NCBI GenBank assembly: GCA_963789405.1
Contig: CAWBKL010000003.1
Span: 613,452-677,451, forward strand
Origin: an uncultured Alphaproteobacteria bacterium
GTDB taxonomy: Bacteria > Pseudomonadota > Alphaproteobacteria > CAWBKL01
Length of the DNA stretch: 64,000 nucleotides
Direction: 5' to 3'
Positions within the stretch are counted from its first letter, which is position 1, and each line of letters starts with the position of its first letter. Position numbers and translations under genes: made by a program. The notes under the pieces were generated by a model. That model did no database searches, had not been told where the DNA came from, and saw only the letters and a list, made by a program, of their open reading frames with translations. Below, piece by piece: positions 19,736 to 28,671 of the stretch.

Positions 19736-20697
19736 GCGGCATCCACGCGCGCGAGGATCATGACCACCACGGCCACGAACAAGGCCTTGACCACGGTCAT
19801 TCGCATATTGGTCCGAATACGGATGAAGGCCGCCTGCGCCTGGCGCTGATCTTGACCGGCACATTCATGATCGCTGAGGCCGGCGGCGGCTTGTTCTCCG
19901 GCTCTCTTGCGCTCCTCGCCGATGCAGGCCACATGCTCTCCGACACATTCTCGCTGGGTCTTGCTTATGTGGCGCTACGCATTGCCTCGCGCCCGGCCGA
20001 TTCCAAGCGCTCCTACGGCTATAAGCGTGCGCAGGTGCTGGCGGCGTTCACCAATGGCGTGCTGCTCGCCGGCATCGCGCTGATGATCGTTATTGAAGCG
20101 GCCCATCGCTTGTTTTCGCCCGTTGAGGTGCTGGCCGGGCCGATGCTGGCGATCGCAGCGATGGGGCTCATCGTCAATATCTTCGTGTTTCGTCTGCTCG
20201 GCCATGCGAATGAGTCGAACCTCAACATCAAGGGCGCTCTGTGGCATGTGATCGGCGATCTCTTAGGCTCGGTTGCTGCAATTGCCGCGGCAATCATCAT
20301 TCTCGCATCCGGCTGGATGCCGGCGGATCCGATCCTATCGATCTTAGTCGCAGGGCTGATCATTGCCGGTGCGGTGCCGATCATGCGCGAATCGGGGCAT
20401 ATCCTGCTCGAAGGCACGCCGCGCGGGCTTTCAGCAGCCGAAGTCACAACGGCTTTGATTCAGGAGCTGCCAGAGCTTGCCGATGTGCATCATGTGCATA
20501 TCTGGTCGCTCGATCATGATCAGCCGCTCATCACCTTGCATGTCGTGTTGCGCGATGGCGTTGATGCGCATAAAGGGCTTGAGCTTGTGCAGGCCAAGCT
20601 CAGGGAGCGGTTTGGCCTCAGCCATGCGACGATACAGGTCGAGGCGCAGTGTGCCGATAAGCACAAGGGCGACGCGCACCGAATTGCTGCGCGCTAA
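19732..20697 (+). CDS. CDF-family cation efflux transporter (CzcD/ZitB-like)
   Basis: His-rich N-terminus, SLALLADAGHMLSD, YGYKRAQVLAAF, HVIGD, HHVHIW, HATIQ. ATGA overlap with the zincin gene. Confidence 0.93.
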   Translation: MSGIHAREDHDHHGHEQGLDHGHSHIGPNTDEGRLRLALILTGTFMIAEAGGGLFSGSLALLADAGHMLSDTFSLGLAYVALRIASRPADSKRSYGYKRAQVLAAFTNGVLLAGIALMIVIEAAHRLFSPVEVLAGPMLAIAAMGLIVNIFVFRLLGHANESNLNIKGALWHVIGDLLGSVAAIAAAIIILASGWMPADPILSILVAGLIIAGAVPIMRESGHILLEGTPRGLSAAEVTTALIQELPELADVHHVHIWSLDHDQPLITLHVVLRDGVDAHKGLELVQAKLRERFGLSHATIQVEAQCADKHKGDAHRIAAR

Positions 20698-20725
20698 TTG
20701 GCCTACGTAGAATCCCCGAGGGGAT

Positions 20726-20739
20726 TTGATCCAGATCAA
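20726..20739. promoter_or_regulatory. FNR/FixK-type box (perfect)
   Basis: TTGAT-CCAG-ATCAA upstream of ompW. Confidence 0.78.
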
Positions 20740-20816
20740 AACAATCATTACACGGATGAAATGCCGCGCGTCAGCCTGCCGTCTTTCTAATTATGCGTTC
20801 ACGCCTCATTTGGAGA

Positions 20817-20830
20817 TTGATCCAAATCGA
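20817..20830. promoter_or_regulatory. Second FNR/FixK-type box (1 mismatch)
   Basis: TTGAT-CCAA-ATCGA, ending 11 bp before the ompW ATG. Confidence 0.5.
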
Positions 20831-20841
20831 AGAGGGTGCAG

Positions 20842-21468
20842 ATGAAACAGAATCGCAAATGGCTTATGCGCAGTGTGGCTCTGGCTGCCCTCGCCGCCGG
20901 ACTTATCGCGCCGACATTCGCATCGGCGGCGGCGGGTGATTTTCTTGTCCGCGTGCGCGGGCTTGGCGTGTTTCCCGATGAAAGCGCGAAGGTCACGCCG
21001 ATCGGCGGCACGGTGAAAGTCGACGACAATTACGTGCCGGAAGTCGATTTCAGCTACTTCTTCACCGACAATGTCTCGGCCGAGCTGATCGCCGCCACGA
21101 CCAAGCACAGTGCGACATCGACTGTTGCCGGTTCGTTGGGCTCGGTTTGGCTGCTGCCGCCAACGCTGACGCTGCAATATCATTTCACGCCGGAGAAATT
21201 CATCTCGCCTTATGTCGGCGCGGGCATCAACTACACGTTGTTCTACGGCATCAAGAATGCACCCGGTCTTCACCTCCATTTGCCCGATGCAGTCGGGCCG
21301 GCGATCCAGTTCGGCTTTGATGCCAAGCTCCGCGAGCACTGGGTCTTCAATGTCGATGTGAAGAAGATCTGGATGCAGACCGATGCCAGCATCAATGCCG
21401 GCGCGATCAAGGCCAAGCTGAATATCGATCCCTGGATCGTCGGCACCGGCATCGGTTACCGGTTCTAG
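20842..21468 (+). CDS. ompW: OmpW family outer-membrane beta-barrel
   Basis: Signal peptide, PEVDFSYFFTDNVSAELI, LPPTLTLQYHF, PYVGAGINYT, C-terminal GIGYRF. Confidence 0.95.
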   Translation: MKQNRKWLMRSVALAALAAGLIAPTFASAAAGDFLVRVRGLGVFPDESAKVTPIGGTVKVDDNYVPEVDFSYFFTDNVSAELIAATTKHSATSTVAGSLGSVWLLPPTLTLQYHFTPEKFISPYVGAGINYTLFYGIKNAPGLHLHLPDAVGPAIQFGFDAKLREHWVFNVDVKKIWMQTDASINAGAIKAKLNIDPWIVGTGIGYRF

Positions 21469-21548
21469 GCGCGCTCGGCCCACGATTTGGGTTTGGGCCC
21501 TCGCGAGTGATAATCTCGCGGGGGATCAAGCGCCAATGAGGAAGCGCC

Positions 21549-22418
21549 ATGGGAAAGTTCGTCATCGAGCCGCATTTCCGGCTGCAGGAATGGGTTGCCG
21601 AGGAGAAGGGCTATTTCGCGGCCGAAGGGCTCGATTACGAGTTTCACGAAACGGTCCAAGCCTCCGATGGCCAGGTGCACAATCAAGGCGACAAGCAAGG
21701 TGCCTATCAAAGCTTGGAGAAGGGCCGCGCCTCGGACATAAGTTGCGCGTGCCATTGGACGGTGAATGTCGCGGCAGCGACTGGCCACGGCAAGCTTTAC
21801 GCCGATGCATATTCGGTCTCGCCGGCCGGCGTGTTCGTGCCGCCGGATTCGCCGATCAAGGGCCCGAAGGATCTCGCCGGCGTGCCGATTTCGGTCGGCT
21901 ATCAGTCGGGCAGCCACTACGCGACCATCCAAGCGCTTGAGCGTTATCTCGCGCCGGACGAGATCAAGCTCTCGTTCAAGGAAGGCATGCTGTTCAGCCG
22001 CATGGAGCTTTTGCTCCAAGGCAAGATCCCTGCGGCGACGTTATTTTCTGGCCCGCTCTATTTCGCCGAGCAGCTCGGCTTCAGGAAGATCATCGATACC
22101 ACCTTCATGATCGCGACCATGATCACCGGCAATCCCGATCCGGAGGATCTGCGCGGCTATTTCCGCGCGCTGAAAAAGGCGCAGCGCGATATCGATTTGA
22201 GACCCGAGCTCTATACGCATTACTACAAGAACGAGTTTCCCAAGCGCTTTCTCGCGCAAATGGATACTGGCCGCTGGGGGCCGGGCGAGCGCATCGTGTT
22301 CGAGCCTTACACAAGGGAAGTGTTCGAAGCGGCGCGCAGCTGGATTGGCACGCACGAGATCTTCGAGGGTGGCCTGGGCAGCGCCGGCTATGACGAGGCG
22401 ATCATCTCGCTCACATAA
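21549..22418 (+). CDS. SsuA/THI5-like periplasmic-binding-fold protein with no signal peptide
   Basis: WVAEEKGYFAAEGLD and SPIKGPKDLAGVPISV are typical PBP2/SsuA-type motifs. There is an in-frame TGA 12 nt upstream, so no N-terminal extension is possible. Confidence 0.7.
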   Translation: MGKFVIEPHFRLQEWVAEEKGYFAAEGLDYEFHETVQASDGQVHNQGDKQGAYQSLEKGRASDISCACHWTVNVAAATGHGKLYADAYSVSPAGVFVPPDSPIKGPKDLAGVPISVGYQSGSHYATIQALERYLAPDEIKLSFKEGMLFSRMELLLQGKIPAATLFSGPLYFAEQLGFRKIIDTTFMIATMITGNPDPEDLRGYFRALKKAQRDIDLRPELYTHYYKNEFPKRFLAQMDTGRWGPGERIVFEPYTREVFEAARSWIGTHEIFEGGLGSAGYDEAIISLT

Positions 22419-22441
22419 ATCGCCTTGCGGCCGGATCGAAT

Positions 22442-22553
22442 CGTCATCCCGGACGCGATGCGGCGTGAAATGCCGCTTCGCAGATCCGGGATCTCTGGGC
22501 GGATCCCGTGTCAGCACTGCACCGCTCCGCGCTGCAGAGCGCACGGGATGACG
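22442..22553. repeat. 112-bp palindromic intergenic element (REP/MITE-like)
   Basis: Terminal inverted repeats CGTCATCCCG...CGGGATGACG with internal hairpins. Lies between convergent genes. Confidence 0.75.
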
Positions 22554-22581
22554 GCGGAAGGGTCAACTTGATCGCTCTCGC

Positions 22582-23136
22582 TTAAGTCCGGGGCGTGAGC
22601 GCGAAGGACGACAGCACATCATAGACCGAGTGCTCGCGGCCCAAGGTCGATGAGAAGAGCGAGAACTCCTTCACCTCAAAATTTGGTGATGAGAACATTG
22701 CGTGCTCGGCGAGATAATTGCCGAGCCTTCCGATCGGTGTGTCCCGGAGGCGTGCGAGCGTGACATGCGGGTGAAACTTTCGCCGCACCGGTTCAAGCTC
22801 CAATCCTTGCAGCGCTTGCTCGATCTTGGCTTGAAGGCGCGGCAGGCGCTCATCATGCTCGACTTCGGCAAAGACCAGCCGGGCCGGGGATCGGGCGCCC
22901 TCGCCGCCGAACTTGCCCACACCCTTAAGCTGGAGCGAGAAGCCCTCCGCCTGGATGTGCCACAGCGCCTCCTCGATCTCCTCGACCATCGGTTCGGGCA
23001 CCTCGCCGATGAAGCGCAGGGTCAAATGCAGATTGTCGAACGGGCTCCAGGTGGCGCCCGGCAGTCCGGATTGAAGATCGAGCAGGAGGTCGCGCACATC
23101 CTCGGGGATCTCGATCGCGGCGAAAAGGCGGATCAT
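22582..23136 (-). CDS. thpR: RNA 2',3'-cyclic phosphodiesterase (2H family)
   Basis: MIRLFAAI, two HxT motifs (HLTLRF, PHVTLAR). Confidence 0.93.
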   Translation of the reverse strand: MIRLFAAIEIPEDVRDLLLDLQSGLPGATWSPFDNLHLTLRFIGEVPEPMVEEIEEALWHIQAEGFSLQLKGVGKFGGEGARSPARLVFAEVEHDERLPRLQAKIEQALQGLELEPVRRKFHPHVTLARLRDTPIGRLGNYLAEHAMFSSPNFEVKEFSLFSSTLGREHSVYDVLSSFALTPRT

Positions 23137-23363
23137 GGCTCGCTCATCAGGCTGCTGGAGGCGTGGGGCAAGTGGTGCCCCAAATGTCCTCAGGCAAATC
23201 AAGGTACCGAAAGCCCGTCTTTAGGTCTCTCTTGACGAGAATTTGTAAGGCCTTAGGCGGCTCTGCCCCGGCCGGTAAGGCTTGAACCGGGGGGCCTCAA
23301 GGGCAATATTTAGGCAAGTGCGCTGCCATACCCGGCGGTGCCTCGCAACATTTGAGGAGTCCC

Positions 23364-24074
23364 ATGGCTGAGAACCCTAATTGGGCCGCCCGTTCAAGCA
23401 CAACTGCCGCCGAGGTCGATCAAGGCCTGCGGACGTTCATGCTGGGCGTCTACAACTACATGGCGCTTGGCCTCGGTATCACCGGTGTCGTTGCCTTTTT
23501 CGCTGCCCACTCGCCAGCCCTAATGCGGGCCATCTTCGGCACGCCTCTGCAATGGGTCGTGTTCTTGGCGCCGCTCGGACTCGTGTTCTGGCTGTCGGCG
23601 CGGATTAATCGCATGCCGGTCGGCCAGGCGCGCACGCTGTTCTTCGTTTACGCCGGCCTCTTGGGCTTGATGCTGTCGTCGATCTTCCTGATCTACACTG
23701 GCGCTTCGATCTCAATGACCTTCTTTGCGACCGCTGCCGCCTTCGCCGGGCTGAGCCTGTGGGGCTATACGACGCGGCGCGATCTCTCCGGAATGGGCGC
23801 GTTCCTGTTCATCGGCCTGATCGGCCTGATCATCGTTTCCATCGTGAATATGTTCCTGCACTCGACGGGTCTTCAGTTTGCGATCTCGGCGATCGGCGTG
23901 CTGATCTTCGCAGGCCTGACTGCGTATGATACGCAGCGGATCAAGGAGATGTATTTCGCTGGCGATGGCGGCGATGTCGTGGCGCGCAAGTCGATCTTGG
24001 GTGCGCTCAGGCTCTATCTCGACTTCATCAACCTGTTCCTGTTCTTGCTGCAATTCATGGGCAACCGCCGCTAA
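23364..24074 (+). CDS. Bax inhibitor-1/YccA family membrane protein
   Basis: DQGLRTFMLGVYNYM, GYTTRRDLS, AYDTQRIK, GALRLYLDFINLF. Confidence 0.93.
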   Translation: MAENPNWAARSSTTAAEVDQGLRTFMLGVYNYMALGLGITGVVAFFAAHSPALMRAIFGTPLQWVVFLAPLGLVFWLSARINRMPVGQARTLFFVYAGLLGLMLSSIFLIYTGASISMTFFATAAAFAGLSLWGYTTRRDLSGMGAFLFIGLIGLIIVSIVNMFLHSTGLQFAISAIGVLIFAGLTAYDTQRIKEMYFAGDGGDVVARKSILGALRLYLDFINLFLFLLQFMGNRR

Positions 24075-24100
24075 TTGCAGCTTGAACGCAACTGAAATCG

Positions 24101-24127
24101 AAAGCCCCGGATTAATCCGGGGCTTTT
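24101..24127. terminator. Bidirectional intrinsic terminator
   Basis: AAAGCCCCGGA-TTAA-TCCGGGGCTTTT between convergent genes. Confidence 0.8.
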
Positions 24128-24151
24128 ACTTTAGCGCGGGGCGTGTCGGAG

Positions 24152-24538
24152 CTAGGCTTCGACCACTTGAAAGCGCTTGCGGTCGAACACGCGCAGAACC
24201 TGCTGAAGGTCATGGCCGCGCTTCAATATGTGACCGGTCGCCGAGACCACCGAATAGGCGCCCTGGCGCCGGGCAAGCTTGGGGGTCTTTTCGATACGGT
24301 AGAGCGGCATTTCGCTCGCGCGCCGGAACACGCTGAATACGGCCATCTCCCTCAAGCCATCGATGGCGTAGTCGCGCCATTCGCCGATGGCGACCATGCG
24401 GCCATAGACATTGAGAATGGCATTGAGCTCGCGGCGATTGAAGAAAACCGGGGCGGCGAGCCTTCCCGGGGATTTGGGCCCGCCTGCCCATTCGCCGAGG
24501 GCAGGCGGGCCGAACTCACTTGGGTCGAGTGTCGTCAT
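24152..24538 (-). CDS. DUF2794 family protein
   Basis: FNRRELNAILNVYGRMVAIGEWRDYAID...FRRASEMPLYRIEK...ILKRGHDL. Start at MTTLD (24538). Confidence 0.88.
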   Translation of the reverse strand: MTTLDPSEFGPPALGEWAGGPKSPGRLAAPVFFNRRELNAILNVYGRMVAIGEWRDYAIDGLREMAVFSVFRRASEMPLYRIEKTPKLARRQGAYSVVSATGHILKRGHDLQQVLRVFDRKRFQVVEA

Positions 24539-24689
24539 AGCTTCATGTTGGTCCTGTGGAGAGGCGTTGGCAAGCAGGCTTAACGCCCAGCGTTTCCCTG
24601 TTTTCCGCCGATTTGGGGATAATCGAGACGCCACATTATTGCCCTCATTCGGTCCTTGGGGCGCCCTAATGGGCCACCATCTTAGCATC

Positions 24690-24856
24690 GTTGGTGGTCC
24701 CGGTCGCATGCAGGCCCCGGTAACTCAGCCCCCCAGCCCCCCAGGGTCTGCGGTGGTCCGGGCCCCCACCAAACAAGCCCACGAAGTGGTTTTGGCCCCG
24801 GACGGCCGCGTCTTTGCACCCAGGACGCCGCCAACAAGTCCGGGGCCATTTTCTTT
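24690..24856 (+). ncRNA. Candidate small regulatory RNA with duplicated C-rich loop
   Basis: Promoter-like CTTGGG-N17-CATCTT (24655-24683). Long hairpin 24693-24770 whose loop contains CCCCCCAG twice. Terminal 10-bp stem GGCCCCGGAC/GTCCGGGGCC followed by ATTTTCTTT. Confidence 0.5.
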
Positions 24857-24996
24857 GGCCGGCTCAAGGCGTTGTGAAGCTTTGGGAGCCCGCGCCCCTT
24901 GACCCCTCCAAAGCCCAGCGCCTATCACAACGCCCTTGTTCCGTTCCCCGCACCCGCATTGCGTCTCGCGATTCTCTCTCACGCACACACTGGCTG

Positions 24997-25954
24997 ATGA
25001 TCGAGATCCAAAATCTGGTGAAGCGCTTCGGCACGATCACGGCTGTCGACGGTATCTCGTTTTCTGTCGGCAAAGGTGAGGTGCTGGGTTTTCTCGGGCC
25101 GAACGGCGCGGGTAAATCGACCACCATGAAAATGATCACCGGGTATCTCACGCCGACATCGGGCACGATCAAGGTGATGGATAAAGACGCGCTGGCTGCG
25201 CCGATCGAGGCGCAAAAGCTGATCGGCTATCTACCGGAGGGCGCGCCGGCTTACGGCGATATGACACCGCATCAATTCCTTGAGTTCATCGCCGATGCGC
25301 GTGGGCTTTCCGAAGATAAGCGCGCCGCCGCGATCTCGCGCGTCATCGAACTCGCCGAGCTCAAAAGCGTGATCGAACAGCCGATCGAGACTCTGTCGAA
25401 AGGCTTCAAGCGGCGCGTCGGGCTCGCCCAGGCGATCATTCACGATCCGCCGATCCTCATCATGGACGAGCCGACCGACGGGCTCGACCCGAATCAGAAA
25501 CATCATGTGCGCGCGCTGATCGAGCAGATGGCCAAGGACAAGGCGATCATCATCTCGACTCACATTCTCGAAGAGGTCGATGCGGTGTGCACGCGCGCGC
25601 TGATCATCGACCGTGGCCGGATCGTTGCCGACGGCACGCCCGCCGAGCTGATGGCGCGCTCGCGCTATCACAATGCGGTGACTGTGATCATCCCAGAGGC
25701 TCAGGCGGAGCAGGCGCGCCAAGTTTTCCGCTTGCAAACCAACGCGCTCGGCCATGAGGAGCGGCCGGCAGGCGAGGGGCGCGTCGCTTTCACACTGCTG
25801 GCGCGGCCCGGACGCTCGATCATCGAAGACTCTGATGGGCGCGCTGCATGAGAAAAATGTCGATGCGCTCGAATACACGGTCGAGCCCGGCCGGCTCGAT
25901 GAGGTCTTCCGGACGCTTACGAGTCAGGCGCCGGCTGAGGGGAAAGCGGCATGA
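24997..25954 (+). CDS. ABC transporter ATP-binding protein, GldA-like (frameshift near 25835)
   Basis: GPNGAGKSTT, LSKGFKRRVG, DEPTDGLDP, STHILEEV. The tail ...GRLDEVFRTLT is in another frame. Confidence 0.9.
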
Positions 25955-26685
25955 AGGCGACGCTTTCGGTTTTCCGGCGCGAGCTCTCCAGCTATTTCGC
26001 AACGCCGCTGGCTTACGTCTTTATCTGCATCTTCTTGTTCGCAACGGCGCTCGTCACTTTCTATTGGGGCAATTGGTTCGAGCAGGGCCGGGCCGATCTC
26101 AGCCAGTTCTTCGTCTTCCATCCGTGGCTTTATCTTTTCCTCGTTCCCGCAGTGGCGATGCGGCTGTGGGCCGAGGAATATAAGACCGGCACGGTCGAGC
26201 TGATTATGACGCTGCCGCTGCCGCTGTCTTCGCTCGTGCTCGGCAAGTTTCTTGCCGCTTGGGCGTTCACGGGCCTTGCGCTCGTTCTTACCTTCCCGAT
26301 GTGGGTGACGGTCAATGTGCTCGGCCACCCCGATAATGGCGTAATCTTTGCCGGCTATGTCGGCAGCTTCCTGATGGCTGGCGGTTATCTTGCCATTGGA
26401 TCCTGCTTGTCCGCCGTCACGAACAATCAAGTCATCGCCTTCGTGCTCGCTGCGGCGGTCTCGTTCCTCTTGACGATCTCGGGCGTGCCGCTGGTTGTTG
26501 GGGCGCTTTCGGACTTTCTACCCGGCGCACTGGTGTCGACCTTCTCATCGCTCAGCTTTCTTGCGCATTTCGCTGCGATCAGAACCGGCGTGATCGAGCT
26601 CAAGGATGTCATCTTCTTTCTCTCGGTGATCGGCGTGTTTCTCTGGGTCAATCTGATCCTTGTCGATCTCAGGCGCGCGGCATGA
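25951..26685 (+). CDS. ABC-2 permease, GldF-like
   Basis: RELSSYFATPLAYVF, AMRLWAEEYKTGTVEL, VLGKFLA. Confidence 0.88.
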   Translation: MKATLSVFRRELSSYFATPLAYVFICIFLFATALVTFYWGNWFEQGRADLSQFFVFHPWLYLFLVPAVAMRLWAEEYKTGTVELIMTLPLPLSSLVLGKFLAAWAFTGLALVLTFPMWVTVNVLGHPDNGVIFAGYVGSFLMAGGYLAIGSCLSAVTNNQVIAFVLAAAVSFLLTISGVPLVVGALSDFLPGALVSTFSSLSFLAHFAAIRTGVIELKDVIFFLSVIGVFLWVNLILVDLRRAA

Positions 26686-26692
26686 GGATCAG

Positions 26693-28669
26693 ATGACCCG
26701 GCGCGCCGCAGCTCTTCTCAGCATCGTTCTTCTCGTCGTGAGCTTCATTGCGCTCAACGTTGCCTCGAGCGCTCTGTTCGCGGAACACGCATCTGGATCT
26801 CACCGAGAATCATCTCTACACGCTTTCACCCGGCACAAAGCGCATTCTCGCCAAGCTCAAGGAGCCGATCACGCTGCGGCTCTATTTTTCCGAGAAGGTC
26901 TCGGCGGATTATCAGCAGATCAACGCCTATGGCCAGCGCGTGCGCGATCTGTTGCAGCAATTCGCGTCTTACGCGCACGGCAATCTCAAGCTCGATGTCG
27001 TCGATCCCGAGCCTTACAGCCCGGAAGAGGAGATGGCGGAGGCCTATGGCCTCACCGGTGCGCAGACCGAATCCGGTGATCGGGTTTTTCTTGGGCTTGT
27101 CGGGACCAATCTGGTCGATGGCCAGGAAACGATTCCGTTCTTCTCGCCCGACCGCGAAATCTATCTCGAATATGATTTGGCTTCGCTGATCTCGCGGCTT
27201 GCGACGCCTGAAAAGCCCAAGCTCGGCATCATCACCAGCTTGCCGCTCGAGATGGGCCCCGGCGGCTATATGGCGGTCTTGCAGGGCGGCAAGCCACAGC
27301 CTTATGTCATCTACACGCAGCTCAAGCAGAACTTCGATATCAAGATGCTGGATAAGGATGTGCGCCTTATCCCGAGCGACATTCAGACTCTCCTGATCGC
27401 GCATCCTGTCGGGCTCACACCGCAAACGCTCTATGCGATCGATCAATTCGCTCTCAGGGGCGGGCGTCTCATCGTGATGGTTGATCCCTATTCGGAAGCT
27501 TCAGCCGCGATGAGCATGGGCGGCCAGCAACCGCCGGGCAGCGCGACGGTTTCGGACCTCAAGCCGCTCTTGAAGGCATGGGGTGTCGATTACGATCCAA
27601 AAGATATCGTGCTCGATCGCGATGATGCGGTTCAGGTGCAGTATGGCCAGGGCGGTCAGGCCGCGGTGCTGCCTTATTACGCGTGGCTCCGGCTCGCCGG
27701 CAACGACATCAACCGCAAAGATCTCATCACCGGTGATATCGATACGATTCAGCTTGCCTCAGCCGGCTCGATCTCACCGGTCAAAGGCGCGACGACCAAG
27801 TTCGAGCCGCTGCTCACTTCGAGCAAGGATGCGCAAAAGACCGAATCGATGGTTCTGCAATTCGGCGGCGACCCGCAGTCGCTGATGAACTCCTTCAAGA
27901 GCGACAATAAGAGCTACACGATTGCCGCGCGTGTGTCGGGGCCGATCAAGACGGCTTATCCCGGCGGTGAGCCACCTGAATCCGTCAAGGCTGATGACGA
28001 TTCGAAGAAGTCGGATGCGCCGCCCGAGCCGCTGCCGCCGCAGCTCATGGCGAGCAAATCGCCGCTCAATCTGATCGTGATTGCCGATTCCGATCTTCTG
28101 GAAGACCGGTTCTGGGTCAATGTGCAGGATTTTCTCGGCCAGCGCGTGGCACAGCCGACAGCCGGCAATGGCTTCTTCATCGTCAATGCCGTCGACCATC
28201 TGATGGGATCCGATGATCTCATCTCGCTCCGGAGCCGCTCAAAATCCGACCGGCCATTCACGGTGGTGCAGGCCATCGAGCGGCAGGCGCAAGAGCGTTA
28301 CCGTGCTGAGGAGCAGGAGCTGCAGGCCAAGGTCGACGACACTGAGCAGCGCTTGAAAGAGCTGCAGGGCGCAGCGCCGAAGCAGGCCAGCTCGCTTGTC
28401 GAGGACAAATCAAACTCCGGCCCGGCTCTTACTGCGGCGCAAGAGAAAGAATTCACAGATTTGAGGAGCAGCTGGTGAAGACGCGGCGCGCCTTGCGCGA
28501 GGTGCAGCGCGAGCTCGAGCCGATGTGATTACGCTCGGCGGCTGGATCAAGTTCCTCAATATCGCGTTCATGCCGCTCTTGGTTGCGATTGGTGCTGTGG
28601 TGCTTGCGATCATCCGGCGCCGCCGCAGGATTGCTGCGCGTCTTGCCGCCTCCAAAGCAGGGGAGGTGA
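26693..28669 (+). CDS. GldG-family ABC auxiliary component (several frameshifts)
   Basis: DLTENHLYTLSPGT, DVVDPEPYS..EE, EYDLASLI, LYAIDQFALRGG, VIADSDLL, LISLRSR, WIKFLNIAFMP across frames. The end is approximate. Confidence 0.82.
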
Positions 28670-28671
28670 TG

